A stretch of DNA of 64,000 nt, from the NCBI GenBank assembly GCA_963714865.1, contig CAVQPR010000001.1, forward strand, positions 1,875,560 through 1,939,559. Direction: 5' to 3'. Under the pieces are notes generated by a model, which saw only the letters and a list, made by a program, of their open reading frames with translations, did not search any database and was not told where the DNA came from. Made by a program: the position numbers and the translations under genes. Origin of the DNA: an uncultured Actinomycetes bacterium. GTDB lineage: Bacteria > Actinomycetota > UBA4738 > HRBIN12. The first letter of the stretch is position 1. Each line of letters starts with the position of its first letter. Of this stretch, positions 17,379 through 27,608 are shown piece after piece.

Positions 17379-18430
17379 CGGGCCGCGCGCACGAGCCAGT
17401 CGGGCGGATCGAGCCCGGGCGTCGCCAGCACCTGCCAGCGGAACCTTCCCAGCGCCGCTGGATCGGCCAGGAGCGTGGCCCGGCTCCGGCCGGTCCACGC
17501 CCGCACGGCGCCCAGCCCGTCCCGCGCGTCGAGCAGCTCGGCCTGTCGTGCGAGCTCATCGCGGACCCATTCCTCGAACCCGAGCGCCCTCAAGGCCCGG
17601 TGCTGGGACACGGACGGGAACGCCGTGAGCCCTGCCTGGGTCGCCCGACGGGCGATCAGACCGAAATCGACGCCGCACGTGATGTCGTGTGAACCGGGGT
17701 CGGCGAGCAGGTCCTCGACCAGGCGGTGTCCGCGGTAGCCATGGACCTCGCCCCCGGCCGACCCCACGTCGCCGTAGTCGATCAGCAACGCGTAGCCCCG
17801 CTGCAGGAGGGCGGCGACGTCGTCGACGAACGCGAACGCGCCGTCGGGCACCGTGGCCTCCTCGTCGAGTTGAAGCGCCGGGAGTCGGTCGACCGGTTCC
17901 GGCTCGACGAGCACCTCCACGAGCCGGTCGCCGGCGAGGCCGATCCGCAGCTCCTTGGTCCCACCCGTCGTGCCGCGGAACCGGCGGAAGGCCAGGTTGT
18001 CGAGCAGCTCGTGGGCGAGGACCAGATGGGGCGCGCCCTCGAGCGTGGACGCGACGGTGACCCCGCGGACGGTCTCCAGTCCGGCCCGGGCGCCCGGACT
18101 CCGCTCCACGGCCACGTAGGCGAGCGGCAGATCCGAGAGCCCGGTCGTCAATCCGGCGGCGAGCGCGCCGTCGCCGGCGCCGACCTCGGTGAGGCGGAAC
18201 GGGTTGGGCGTCCCGAGCGCCTCGTGCATCGGGCGGATCGCCCGGGCCATCAGATCCATGAACACCGGGTGCACGTGGGGGCTCGTGACGAAATCACCGT
18301 CCGCGCCGACCGGATGACGCTCGTAGAAGCCGCCGGCCCCGTAGAGGGCAAGCTCCATGTACTCGTCGAACCCGATAGGGCCCCGCTCGCGGACGGCGGC
18401 GATCACTGCGTCGCGGACCGGCGCGCTCAT
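17375..18430 (-). CDS. MidA-family (DUF185) SAM-dependent methyltransferase
   Basis: GPIGFDEYMELALYGAGGFYE.., DFVTSP.., TEVGAGDGALA motif; real part of ORF 17375..19246 from ATG 18430. Confidence 0.75.
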   Translation of the reverse strand: MSAPVRDAVIAAVRERGPIGFDEYMELALYGAGGFYERHPVGADGDFVTSPHVHPVFMDLMARAIRPMHEALGTPNPFRLTEVGAGDGALAAGLTTGLSDLPLAYVAVERSPGARAGLETVRGVTVASTLEGAPHLVLAHELLDNLAFRRFRGTTGGTKELRIGLAGDRLVEVLVEPEPVDRLPALQLDEEATVPDGAFAFVDDVAALLQRGYALLIDYGDVGSAGGEVHGYRGHRLVEDLLADPGSHDITCGVDFGLIARRATQAGLTAFPSVSQHRALRALGFEEWVRDELARQAELLDARDGLGAVRAWTGRSRATLLADPAALGRFRWQVLATPGLDPPDWLVRAAR

Positions 18431-18442
18431 GGGGGCAGTATC

Positions 18443-18448
18443 TAGAAT
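18443..18448 (+). promoter_or_regulatory. -10-like hexamer TAGAAT 6 nt upstream of GTG 18455 (leaderless-type start)
   Basis: Only 24 nt separate the divergent starts 18430 and 18455; TAGAAT is the only AT-rich element. Confidence 0.35.
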
Positions 18449-18454
18449 CCGGGC

Positions 18455-19108
18455 GTGGGCGACGAGGGTTCGATCCGTGAGGCCGCGTCGGTCGTGGCGG
18501 TGCGCCACGGCGACGACGATCCCGAGGTGCTCGTGCTCGAGCGTGGCGCGGGGAGTCGGTTCCTGGCCGGCTACGTCGTCTTCCCCGGGGGAGCGGTCGA
18601 CCCCGGGGACTCGGCCCTGGCCGGCCGGTGGTTCGGCGACGCGCGCGAGGCCGCTCGGGCTGCGGCGGTGCGCGAGCTGGTCGAGGAGGCGGGCCTGGCC
18701 CTGACGCGGGCGGGGCTCGTGGACGCCGGCACGCCGGACTCGCTCGAGCCGGTGCACGCCGATCCCCCGTCGGCCGGACAGCTCGTCGAGATGGCGCACT
18801 GGGTCGCTCCCGAGGACGTGCCGGTCCGGTTCGACGCTCGCTACTACACGATCGCGGCGCCACGCGGCCTCCTGCCGGCCCCTGACGGGGCTGAGGCGGA
18901 GCACGCCTGGTGGGAGTCCGCTGGCTCGGTCCTCGCGGGCTGGGCGTCGGGCACTCGCCGGCTGTACTGGCCGACGTACCTGACGCTGAGTCGCATCGCC
19001 GGGTGTGCCAACGTGGATGACGTGATGGCCCTCAGCTTCGAAGCCAGGGAACCCGACGACGAGGAGGTCGCGCGTCTGCCACGTTCGGTCTTCTGGGAGG
19101 ACGGATGA
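18455..19108 (+). CDS. NUDIX hydrolase
   Basis: Nudix box GGAVDPGDS..AAVRELVEEAGL. Confidence 0.8.
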   Translation: MGDEGSIREAASVVAVRHGDDDPEVLVLERGAGSRFLAGYVVFPGGAVDPGDSALAGRWFGDAREAARAAAVRELVEEAGLALTRAGLVDAGTPDSLEPVHADPPSAGQLVEMAHWVAPEDVPVRFDARYYTIAAPRGLLPAPDGAEAEHAWWESAGSVLAGWASGTRRLYWPTYLTLSRIAGCANVDDVMALSFEAREPDDEEVARLPRSVFWEDG

Positions 19109-20043
19109 GGATCCTACGTGTGCTCGCGCCCAACCCCAGCGTCTACACGCTGGAGGGCACGAACACGTGGATCGTCGGCCAGGATCCGGCGATCGTGATC
19201 GATCCGGGGCCCGAGATCGAGCGGCATCTCGAGGAGGTCGCCGCACTCGCCGGGCCGGTGGGCGCGGTGCTCGTCACACACGATCATCCCGACCACGCGC
19301 CGGGCGCCGCCCCGTTTGCCGCTCGCTTCGGGGCGCCGCTGTACGCGTTCCGGCTGCCGGGCTCCGAGCACCTGCGGGACGGACAGACCGTGACGGTAGG
19401 CGGGGTGTCGGTGGCGGCCGTCCACACGCCGGGGCACACGTCGGATCACGTCGCCTTCCACCTGCCGTCGCACGATGCCCTGTTCACCGGCGACACCGTG
19501 CTCGGTCGGGGCACGAGTTTCATCGACCCGCCCGACGGCGATCTGGTCCAGTACTTGCGGTCGCTGACCCGGCTGCAGGAGCTCGGCGCGCGCACGCTCT
19601 ATCCGGGCCACGGTCCGACGGTCTTCCGTGCCGCCGAGACGATCCAGGGTTACGTCGATCACCGGGTCGACCGGGAGCGTCAGGTCATCGAGGCGCTCGG
19701 TCAGCAGGCCCATCCGATCTCGGAGCTGGTCGAGACGATCTACGCCGACTACCCGCCGGAGGTCTGGTCACTGGCGGCGCGGTCCGTGCTCGCCCATCTG
19801 ATCAAGCTCGAGAGCGAGGGCCGTGCGGAGCGGCGGGGAACCGGAGACGAGGCGGTGTGGGCGGCCATCGCCCCGCGCGAGTGCGCCCGATGCGGGCGAC
19901 CGGTCAAGGGGCGAGGACGGTATTGCGCGACGTGCAGCTTCATGATGCTGCAGGAGGTCGAGCGAGGAGGGGCCGACGAGGACTCGGCTCAGCCCGACGA
20001 CCCCGACGGCTCGACGACTCGGAGCGCGCGTCCCACCACGTAG
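19105..20043 (+). CDS. MBL-fold metallo-hydrolase with C-terminal CxxC..CxxC zinc ribbon
   Basis: THDHPDH motif, HTPGHTSDH; C-terminal CARCGRPVKGRGRYCATC; ATGA overlap with NUDIX gene. Confidence 0.85.
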   Translation: MRILRVLAPNPSVYTLEGTNTWIVGQDPAIVIDPGPEIERHLEEVAALAGPVGAVLVTHDHPDHAPGAAPFAARFGAPLYAFRLPGSEHLRDGQTVTVGGVSVAAVHTPGHTSDHVAFHLPSHDALFTGDTVLGRGTSFIDPPDGDLVQYLRSLTRLQELGARTLYPGHGPTVFRAAETIQGYVDHRVDRERQVIEALGQQAHPISELVETIYADYPPEVWSLAARSVLAHLIKLESEGRAERRGTGDEAVWAAIAPRECARCGRPVKGRGRYCATCSFMMLQEVERGGADEDSAQPDDPDGSTTRSARPTT

Positions 20044-20582
20044 CGTCCTCTCCCTGCCGGGGCCAGTCGTCCCTGCGCGATCAGGTGCTGCACCGCGCGA
20101 TTGGCCGACTCGCGCGAGGTGCCGGCCATCTGCGCGATGGACTCTTGTGTCAGGCGGACCGTGATCTCGACGCCGTCCGGGGTCGGTCGCCCGAATCGGG
20201 AGGCCAGGTCGTCCATCCTGCGCCACACCCGTTCGGGAACCTCGAGCCACGCCAAGTCGCTCGCCAGCGCCTCGCGGCGGCGCGCCCGCTCGGCCAGCGT
20301 CCGGACGAGTTCGTCGCCACGAGCCTGCCGCAGCCGGGCGGGTCCGTCCGACCGCACGGTCACGGCCGATTCGGCACCGGACGGCTCGCCGATCACGTCG
20401 CCGGGTCCCACGACGTCGACGATCAGCGATCGCCCCTCGGTGTCGGTCGTCGTCGCCCGCAGGATCCCGGCCTCGATCCGGAACATGCGGAACCCTCGCT
20501 CTCCCTGATGGATCACCACCTGACCGGGCCGCACGAGCACAAGGGGGAGCGGCTCGCGCGACCGGAGCCCTCGCTCGGCCAT
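19989..20582 (-). CDS. Crp/Fnr-family transcriptional regulator (start uncertain; ORF extends to 20732)
   Basis: cNMP-binding fold (GQVVIHQGE..FRIEAGILR..GPGDVIGE) and C-terminal HTH (LTQESIAQMAGTSRESANRAVQHLIAQG). Confidence 0.8.
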   Translation of the reverse strand: MAERGLRSREPLPLVLVRPGQVVIHQGERGFRMFRIEAGILRATTTDTEGRSLIVDVVGPGDVIGEPSGAESAVTVRSDGPARLRQARGDELVRTLAERARRREALASDLAWLEVPERVWRRMDDLASRFGRPTPDGVEITVRLTQESIAQMAGTSRESANRAVQHLIAQGRLAPAGRGRYVVGRALRVVEPSGSSG

Positions 20583-20724
20583 CCTCGCCACTCCATTCCG
20601 GGGAACGCCGAGGGTATCGGGCGCCGCCGACAGGGAGCGCTCCGCCGTCGCTGCGTGGCGCAGGGGAGTGCCTGCTCGACCCGCTCCGGCTAGGCTGCAC
20701 CAGTACCCGTCCAAGGAGATCGTC

Positions 20725-21147
20725 GTGGGCAAACCGAAGCTCGATCCGATCCTCGCCGCTGTGCCCCTGTTCGAGGGGCTGTCGAAGCGTCAGCTGAAGG
20801 ACCTCGCGTCACTCGCCGAGTTGGCGCAGTACCTGCAGGGACACTCGGTCGTGCGGCAGGGTGATCCCGGCGATAGCTTCTTCGTCGTGGTGGCGGGAGA
20901 GGCCACCGTCCGCGTCAAGGGCAAGGTCGTGCATCGCCTCCTTCCCGGCGATCACTTCGGCGAGATCTCGCTGCTCGACGGTCTCGAACGGACCGCCAGC
21001 GTGGTCACCGAGACCCCGATGACCCTGCTGATCATGACGCGCCCCGCCTTCATGCGGGCCCTCGAAAAGGACCCGCCCTTGACGATGGCGCTCCTGGAGA
21101 ACCTCGCCCGCATGATCCGGCGCGTCGACCGCTCGCTCGATCGGTAG
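20725..21147 (+). CDS. Stand-alone cyclic-nucleotide-binding domain protein
   Basis: AAGGAG SD 6 nt before GTG 20725; VPLFEGLSKRQLKDLA..VVRQGDPGDSFFVVVAGE..GDHFGEISLLDG..RTASV. Confidence 0.8.
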   Translation: MGKPKLDPILAAVPLFEGLSKRQLKDLASLAELAQYLQGHSVVRQGDPGDSFFVVVAGEATVRVKGKVVHRLLPGDHFGEISLLDGLERTASVVTETPMTLLIMTRPAFMRALEKDPPLTMALLENLARMIRRVDRSLDR

Positions 21148-21157
21148 CCGTCGACTC

Positions 21158-21532
21158 ATGCGCGCAGCGTTCTATCGGCCGGACGCCCCGGACGAGGTTG
21201 TGGCTTCGGCCGATTGGGCCGCCGGCGCGGTGACGGTCGAGGCGACCGACGCGGTGCTGCAGGCCGGCCTCGAGCGCTCCTTTCGCAACGTGCCCGTCAT
21301 CACCGACGACGCGGCGTATCGGCGACAGGGCACCTCGGGTGAGGTGCTCATCGCGCCCGGGTCCCTGGAGTGGTTCCGGGCGGCGGCTCAGGTCCGAGCT
21401 ACCGTGGAGAACGGGCTGTCGGCCCGGCTCGAGCCGGGCGTCGACGAGGGCGGTTTCGATCCGGCCGCGGGCTACCGGTCCTTCTCCGACGCGATCGAGC
21501 GGCTGTCAACCGCCGAGCGATCCGATGGGTGA
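21158..21532 (+). CDS. Hypothetical protein
   Basis: 124-aa ORF with normal amino-acid composition, co-oriented and overlapping the next gene; no motif recognised. Confidence 0.45.
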   Translation: MRAAFYRPDAPDEVVASADWAAGAVTVEATDAVLQAGLERSFRNVPVITDDAAYRRQGTSGEVLIAPGSLEWFRAAAQVRATVENGLSARLEPGVDEGGFDPAAGYRSFSDAIERLSTAERSDG

Positions 21533-22196
21533 AGCGATAGGGCAGCTGCTTCCGTTCGCCATCGGGACGGCGCTCAGCCCGCTGCCGATCGTCGCCGTGA
21601 TCTTGATGTTGTTCACGCCGAGAGCCCGATCGAACGGGATCGCCTTCGTCATCGGGTGGTACCTGGGGATCGTCGTGGTCGGCGCCATCGCGCTGGCACT
21701 GGGAGGTGTCGCCACCGACGATGGGTCGTCGTCTACCATCACGGCGTTGATCGAGCTGCTGTTGGGCGTGGTCCTGATCGGGCTGGCCGTTCGTCAGTGG
21801 CGCGGTCGGCCGAGGGGAGGGGAGCCCGGCGAGATGCCCGGTTGGATGTCCGGGCTGGCGTCGTTCTCCGGCGCGCGATCGTTCGCGGTTGCCGCCGCGC
21901 TGTCGGGCATCAATCCCAAGAATCTCGTTCTCACGCTTGCGGCCGCCACGACGATCGCGTCGATGGGCCTGTCGACGGGCTCGGAGGTGGCAACGCTGCT
22001 GATCTACGCGGCGCTCGCGAGCGTTACCGTGGCCGCTCCGGTCGCGTACTACCTGATCCGAGGGGACGCTGCCCAGGCCACGCTTGGCGAGATGAAGGCG
22101 TGGCTGGCGCAGCACAACTCGGCTGTGATGGCGGTGATCCTTCTCATCTTCGGGGGCAAGCTCATCGGCGACGGCATCTCGACCCTGAGCGCATGA
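21525..22196 (+). CDS. GAP-family (DUF2910/Sap-like) integral membrane protein
   Basis: MGEAIGQLLPFAIGTALSPLPIVAVILMLFTPRAR.. N-terminus typical of the family; 6 predicted TM. Confidence 0.65.
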   Translation: MGEAIGQLLPFAIGTALSPLPIVAVILMLFTPRARSNGIAFVIGWYLGIVVVGAIALALGGVATDDGSSSTITALIELLLGVVLIGLAVRQWRGRPRGGEPGEMPGWMSGLASFSGARSFAVAAALSGINPKNLVLTLAAATTIASMGLSTGSEVATLLIYAALASVTVAAPVAYYLIRGDAAQATLGEMKAWLAQHNSAVMAVILLIFGGKLIGDGISTLSA

Positions 22197-22209
22197 CCTT
22201 TCGCGCGGC

Positions 22210-23895
22210 ATGAACCTCGGCCCGGTCCGCCGCTGGTACGCCTCGACTAAGCCCGAGCCGCGCACGCTGACCCAGGAGATGGTCGCGGGTCTCCCCGGCG
22301 CGATCGGCAGCGTCCCCGATGGGATGGCGGCCGCCCTGCTCGCGGGGGTCAATCCCATCCACGGCCTCTACGCGAGCATGGCCGGGCGCATCACGGGCGG
22401 CCTGTCGTCGAGCACGAAGATGATCGTCGTCACCACGACGAGCGCGGCGGCGCTGTCGGCGGGCTCATCCATCGCGTCGCTCCCCTCATCGGAGCGAGCG
22501 TCGGCGCTCGCGCTCCTCACCGTGATCGCGGGCGCCGTCATGGTCGTGGCCGGCATCGCCCGTCTCGGGCGGTACACGCGGTTCGTATCGAACTCCGTGA
22601 TGATCGGCTTCCTCACCGGCGTCGCCGTGAACATCGTGCTCGCCCAGATCCCCACGGTCCTCGGTGTCGAGGGGGACGGGAGCACGTCGTTCACGAGAGC
22701 GGTCGACGTCCTCCTGCATCCCGCGACGTGGGACACGACGACGCTGGCGCTGGCGGCCACCGCCCTCGCCGTCGTCGGCCTTCTTGGCCTCACCCGCCTC
22801 CAGCCGGTGGCGGCCCTGCTGGCGCTCGCGATCCCCACGCTCATCGCCCAGGTGTTCGATCTGAGCGTGGCCCTCGTCGAGGATGTCGGAGATATCCCCA
22901 CCGGGGTCCCGCTCCCGGCGCTGCCCTCGCTCGACGCCCTCTCCTTCGACATCGTGTTCGGAGCCCTCGCCGTGGCGGTGATCGTGCTGGTCCAGGGCGC
23001 CGGCGTGAGCGAGTCCGCGCCGAATCCCGACGGTTCGCGCTCCGATCCCAACCGCGATTTCGTGGCCCAGGGCATCGGAAACGTGGCGGCCTCGCTCCTG
23101 CGGGGCCAGCCCGTCGGCGGATCGGTGGGTCAAACGGCGCTCAACCTCGCCGCCGGGGCCAGGAGCCGGTGGGCATCGATCTTCTCTGGGCTGTGGCTCG
23201 CCGCGATCCTGGTGGCGCTGTCGGGTGTGGTCGGCGAGATCGTCATGGCGACCTTGGCCGCCGTGCTGATCTACGCGGCCGTCCGATCGGTCGATCGCCG
23301 CCGGATCGACCTGGTGTTGCGGACGAGCGCGATCTCGCTGATCGCGGCCACAACGACGTTCATCGCCACGCTGATGCTGCCGGTGGCGGCCGCGGTCGGG
23401 TTGGGAGTGGCGCTCTCGCTGCTCCTGCAGGTCAACCGCCAGGCGGTCGACATGCGTCTGGTCGCGCTGCGGCTGCGGGAGGACGGCCAGATCGAGATCA
23501 CGGAACCCCCTACGACGCTCGAGGACCGTGAGGTCGTGGTCCTCGACGTGTACGGGAGCCTGCTGCTGGCCGGGGCCCGCACGTTGGAGGCGAAGCTCCC
23601 CGATCCGGGGCAGGCGATCCGCCCGGCCGTCGTGCTGCGCCTCCGCGGGCACACCACGCTGTCGTCGACAGCCATCGAGGTTCTCGCCCGCTATGCGCGC
23701 CGACTCGAGGAGCGGGAGGGGCGCCTGTACCTGAGCGGCGTTGAACCCCAGGTGGAGACCCATCTGAGAGCGCGGCATGGGCTCGAGGCTCTCGGGCCCA
23801 TCGAGGTGGTCACGGCCACCGAGATCATGGGGGCCTCCAGCCGGACGGCATACCGCCATGCGAAGGAGTACGTCGAGGGAAAGGACCCGACGTGA
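22210..23895 (+). CDS. SulP-family anion transporter with C-terminal STAS domain
   Basis: Intact 561 aa; multi-TM SulP core, STAS-like tail (VVVLDVYGSLLLAGARTLE..VLRLRGHTTLSSTAIEVL). Confidence 0.9.
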   Translation: MNLGPVRRWYASTKPEPRTLTQEMVAGLPGAIGSVPDGMAAALLAGVNPIHGLYASMAGRITGGLSSSTKMIVVTTTSAAALSAGSSIASLPSSERASALALLTVIAGAVMVVAGIARLGRYTRFVSNSVMIGFLTGVAVNIVLAQIPTVLGVEGDGSTSFTRAVDVLLHPATWDTTTLALAATALAVVGLLGLTRLQPVAALLALAIPTLIAQVFDLSVALVEDVGDIPTGVPLPALPSLDALSFDIVFGALAVAVIVLVQGAGVSESAPNPDGSRSDPNRDFVAQGIGNVAASLLRGQPVGGSVGQTALNLAAGARSRWASIFSGLWLAAILVALSGVVGEIVMATLAAVLIYAAVRSVDRRRIDLVLRTSAISLIAATTTFIATLMLPVAAAVGLGVALSLLLQVNRQAVDMRLVALRLREDGQIEITEPPTTLEDREVVVLDVYGSLLLAGARTLEAKLPDPGQAIRPAVVLRLRGHTTLSSTAIEVLARYARRLEEREGRLYLSGVEPQVETHLRARHGLEALGPIEVVTATEIMGASSRTAYRHAKEYVEGKDPT

Positions 23896-24368
23896 TGGGC
23901 TGGACGTTCGTGGGCGTGACGCTCCTCGGGTCGACCGGGGCTCCCGCCTGGCAGTGGGTCCTGCTCGCCGCACTCGTCGTCGCCGCGCTTGCCGCGATGG
24001 CCCTCGCGCGGGGTCGTCCCCCGACCGTCGACCATGCCGAGAGCGCCCCCGCCCTCCTGGCCCAGCTGCAGCAGATCGCGACACGTTCCGGGTCGACCGT
24101 GCCGACCAGAGAGGAGGTGAGCTACCAGCTCGCGGCGCTCGACTCCCTGGCGTCCGTCCTCGGGGACGTCATCGATGCGACCACCGACACGGACCGTCGG
24201 ATGGCCCTCGTCGATCTTGACGACGCCGTGGGACGGCTCAGGGGCGCGCTGGAGGCGGTGGCCGCGTATCCCGACGCCAAGCAGGGACGGGTCGACGTGC
24301 ACACCGCCGCGAACGTCCTGAGCGATCGGGTGTCGGCGATCCGCGATCGCGACGCGCCGGAGGACTAG
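23892..24368 (+). CDS. Hypothetical membrane-anchored protein
   Basis: 158 aa, one N-terminal TM (WQWVLLAALVVAALAAMAL), helical soluble part; 4-nt overlap with SulP gene. Confidence 0.45.
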   Translation: MMGWTFVGVTLLGSTGAPAWQWVLLAALVVAALAAMALARGRPPTVDHAESAPALLAQLQQIATRSGSTVPTREEVSYQLAALDSLASVLGDVIDATTDTDRRMALVDLDDAVGRLRGALEAVAAYPDAKQGRVDVHTAANVLSDRVSAIRDRDAPED

Positions 24369-27300
24369 CCGCCGTCGGCTGCTAGCCAGCTCCGGCCGGG
24401 CTCGCAGAACGCTCGGAAGTCGCAGTGGCGACACGAGGGCCCTGGGGTCGGCTCGAAGGCCCCTTCCTCGATAGCGCTCAGCGCGTCGATCACACGCGAG
24501 CGGACCGCACCGGGGATGCCCATCGGGTGACGCACCTCCTCGCCGCTGGCGAGGTACACGTAGGTCAGCTCGATCTCCTCGGCCGCCTTGCCCCAGATCT
24601 CGACCGCGGCGAGTCCGTACAGGTCGAGCTGCAGCCCGGCGGAGGGATCGTCGTCGGGCGGGCGCCGCCCCGTCTTCCAGTCGACGATCTCCCACGGCCC
24701 ATCCGCCTCGCCGTAGATCGCGTCGATACGCCCGCCGACCGTCGTGGCACCTAGGCGCAGGAGGAACGCCCGCTCTGCGTACAGGGGGGTCACGTCCGCG
24801 AACCGGCTATCGAGGAACGCCTGACGGAGTCGCTCGACCCTGCCGGGGTCGCCCGCCAATTCCTCGTCGGTCAGGTCCGGCGTGTCGGAGATCTCCAGGA
24901 GCTGCCCTTGGCCACGAGCCCGCCGCTCGATCCATCGGTGGATGTCGGTGCCGATCCGCGCGGCGGGTCCTGAGAATCGCGGTAGCGGTCGCACGCTCGT
25001 CCAGTAGAAGCGCTTCGGACACTGCGAGTACGTGATGACGCCGCCGACCGAGATCGTACGTGGGGCGGCCTCGGCAGCCGGGAGCGTCTCGGCGGCCTCG
25101 CGTTCGCGCAGATGCCTCGCGAGCTCGCTTCTGCGGCCGGCGAGACGGTCGAAGGACGCCCGCTCCTCGCCGTCGAGCGCCTCCAGCAGCGACGGTTGGA
25201 GCTCAGGTCGGCCCGCCGCCTCCACCGCGGCGGCGCGCCATCCTTGGGGGAACAGGCCATCCGCGTCGTCTGGACGCGCGGGCCCGGGCCATTCCTTCAC
25301 GAAGCGGGCCCTGAACCCGAGCATCGGGTTCTCGTCGCCCCCGTCGTCGGGACCTCGCTCGACCGCGACCGAGTCGGAGGACTCGCCCCACTCGAACAGC
25401 TCGTTGAGGAACAGGCTCTCCCGCTTGGGGCGCTGGTTCTCGCTGTACCAGAACGATCCTGAGACGTGAAGCGACCGACGTGCCCGCGTGAGTGCCACGT
25501 AGGCGGTCCGTCGCTCCTCCACGATCTCTTGAGTCTTGAGCGCATCGCGGAATGCCGACAGGTTCCCCTCGAACCGGGGGAGGATCTCGGCGTCGCCCCG
25601 CAGCTCGAAGTCCAGGGACTTACCCCGTTCGGCCGGGTTCTGCGGCACGGTCGGGTTCGGGAGCAACTCGTGGGCCATCCCCGGCACGAACACGTGATCG
25701 AACTCCAGGCCCTTGGCGACGTGGATCGTCATCACCTTGACGGAGTCTTCATCCGAGGGCTGCACCGGGGCCCACTCCTGCTTGTCGAGCTCCTCGATCG
25801 AGTCGACGTGATCGAGGAACGCGCGCAACGTCAGCTCTCCCTCGAGCGGCTCGAAGGCGTGCACCTGGTCGAGGAACGCGGCCAGGTTGCGCCGCGCGGA
25901 CGCGGCCCGCACCCGATCGACATCGGCGTCGAGTTCGGCGAGGATCCCCGTTCGCCTGATCACCTCGCCCATGAACTCGCCGACCGGTCGCCGCGCCTCC
26001 ACTCGAAGCTCGGCCAGCTCGTCGCGGAACTCGCCGAGTCGGACCCGGCCTTCCTGAGACAGATGCTCGACCTCGTCGAGCTGCTCGAGAGCCTCGGTGA
26101 CCAGGAATCGCTCGTCCTCGTCGAGGTCGAGCCGCTCGCGCAGCTCCCGGGTCGCGCTCCCCGCCGCCCGCGCCAGCTCCGCGAGATCCTTGAACCCGAC
26201 CCGGTAGCGGGGGCCCATCAGGATCCGCGCGAGCGGAACGGAGGCCGTCGGGTCGTGGACGGCCCGTGCGTAGGCGAGCACCTCGACGATCTCGGGCTGC
26301 GTGAGGAGCCCTGCGAGGCCCAGGAACTCGACGGGCACGTCGCGGGAACCGAACGCCTGTTGAAGGAGCCCGAACAGGCGGCTCGTCCGGCACAGGACCG
26401 CGATGTCGGACCACGCCGCCCCCTCGCCGTTCAGCGTCGCCGCCCTCGCGGCGATCGAGTCGGCCTCGGTCCACTCGTCGGTGTGTCGGGCCAGCGTGAC
26501 GCTGCCGTTCCCATTCGGTGGGTGGGGGACCAGGCGCTTGTCGGCGTCTGGGCGCAGGCGCGCGGGGATCGGATCGATGATCGTGTCGGCGGCCTCGAGG
26601 ATCCGCGCCCCGGATCGGAAGTTGGTGTACAGAGGGAGGCGCTCGGACTCCGAGCCGTCGGAGCGAGGGAACTGACGGGGGAAGTCGAGCAGGTTGTGCA
26701 GCGAGGCGCCGCGCCAGGCGTAGATGTTCTGGTCGGGATCGCCCACCGCCGTGACGGGATGCCCGTGGCCGAACACCGTCCGCATCAGCTTGGCCTGCGC
26801 CACGTTGGTGTCCTGATACTCGTCGAGCAGGACCGCATGGTATCGGGCGCGATGGTCGGCCACGATCTCGGGATGGCGCTCGACCACGTCGATCGCGCGC
26901 TGGATCTGGTCGCCGAAGTCGATGACCCCGAGATCGCGTTTCAGCTCCCGATAGCGGATGGTCGCGCGCGCCAGCTCGAGCCGCTCTTGGGCCGCGAGGT
27001 AGGCCCGGTCGGAGCGCGCTCCCTTGAGGGTGTCGAGCCGCTCGCCCAGCCAATCGATCAGCGTCGCCGGTTCCACGAGGTGGTTGGCCATCTGGTCGTC
27101 CAGCTCCAGGATCTTGGAGATCAGTGTGGGCTGCCATGTGGCCGAGACGTGCTCGAAGGTCACGTCGTCGAGGACCCTGGCACACAGCTCGACCCGCTGG
27201 GCGCCCGAGAGGACGCGAACCCCCGGCTCGAAGCCGGCCAACATCCCGTAGCGCTCCAGGAGCGAGGCCGCGAATCCGTGGTAGTTGGCGATCTCGGGTT

Positions 27301-27608
27301 CCTCGCCCTCGTCGAGGTGGAGGCCGGACAGCGCCGATCGCACCCGCACGCGCAGGTTGTCGGTGGCCTTGTTCGTGAAGGTCAGCGCGAGCACGTTGCC
27401 CGGCATCGCTCCGTCGTGATCCGCCTCGAGCCCGTGGGCGGCGACGAGGGCGAGATAGACGACGCGCGCGGCCATCACGGAGGTCTTGCCCGATCCCGCG
27501 CCGGCGATCAGCACGTATGGCTCCATCGGCATCGAGATCGCGCGCCACTGCTCGTCGGTGGGCGGCGGCGCCCATCGCGGCCACGATCTCGTCGGGGGTC
27601 CGCGTCAT
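24365..27608 (-). CDS. adnB: AdnB subunit of AdnAB helicase-nuclease (UvrD-like motor + RecB-type nuclease with Cys cluster); apparent frameshift near 27560-27573 in the first ~25 codons
   Basis: ORF 24365..27532: GAGSGKT, LLDEYQDTN, VKVMTIHVAKGLEF, C-terminal DWKTG nuclease motif and YSQCP..CRHCDFRAFC; N-terminal MTRTPDEIVAAMGA in adjacent frame from ATG 27608 that overlaps adnA stop (ATGA). Confidence 0.85.

Noticed and set aside
19989-20043. 55-nt 3'-end overlap of the MBL hydrolase and Crp genes
   Set aside because: Both tails are low-complexity and non-conserved. This is compatible with ordinary convergent overlap in a compact genome and is not evidence of a special element.
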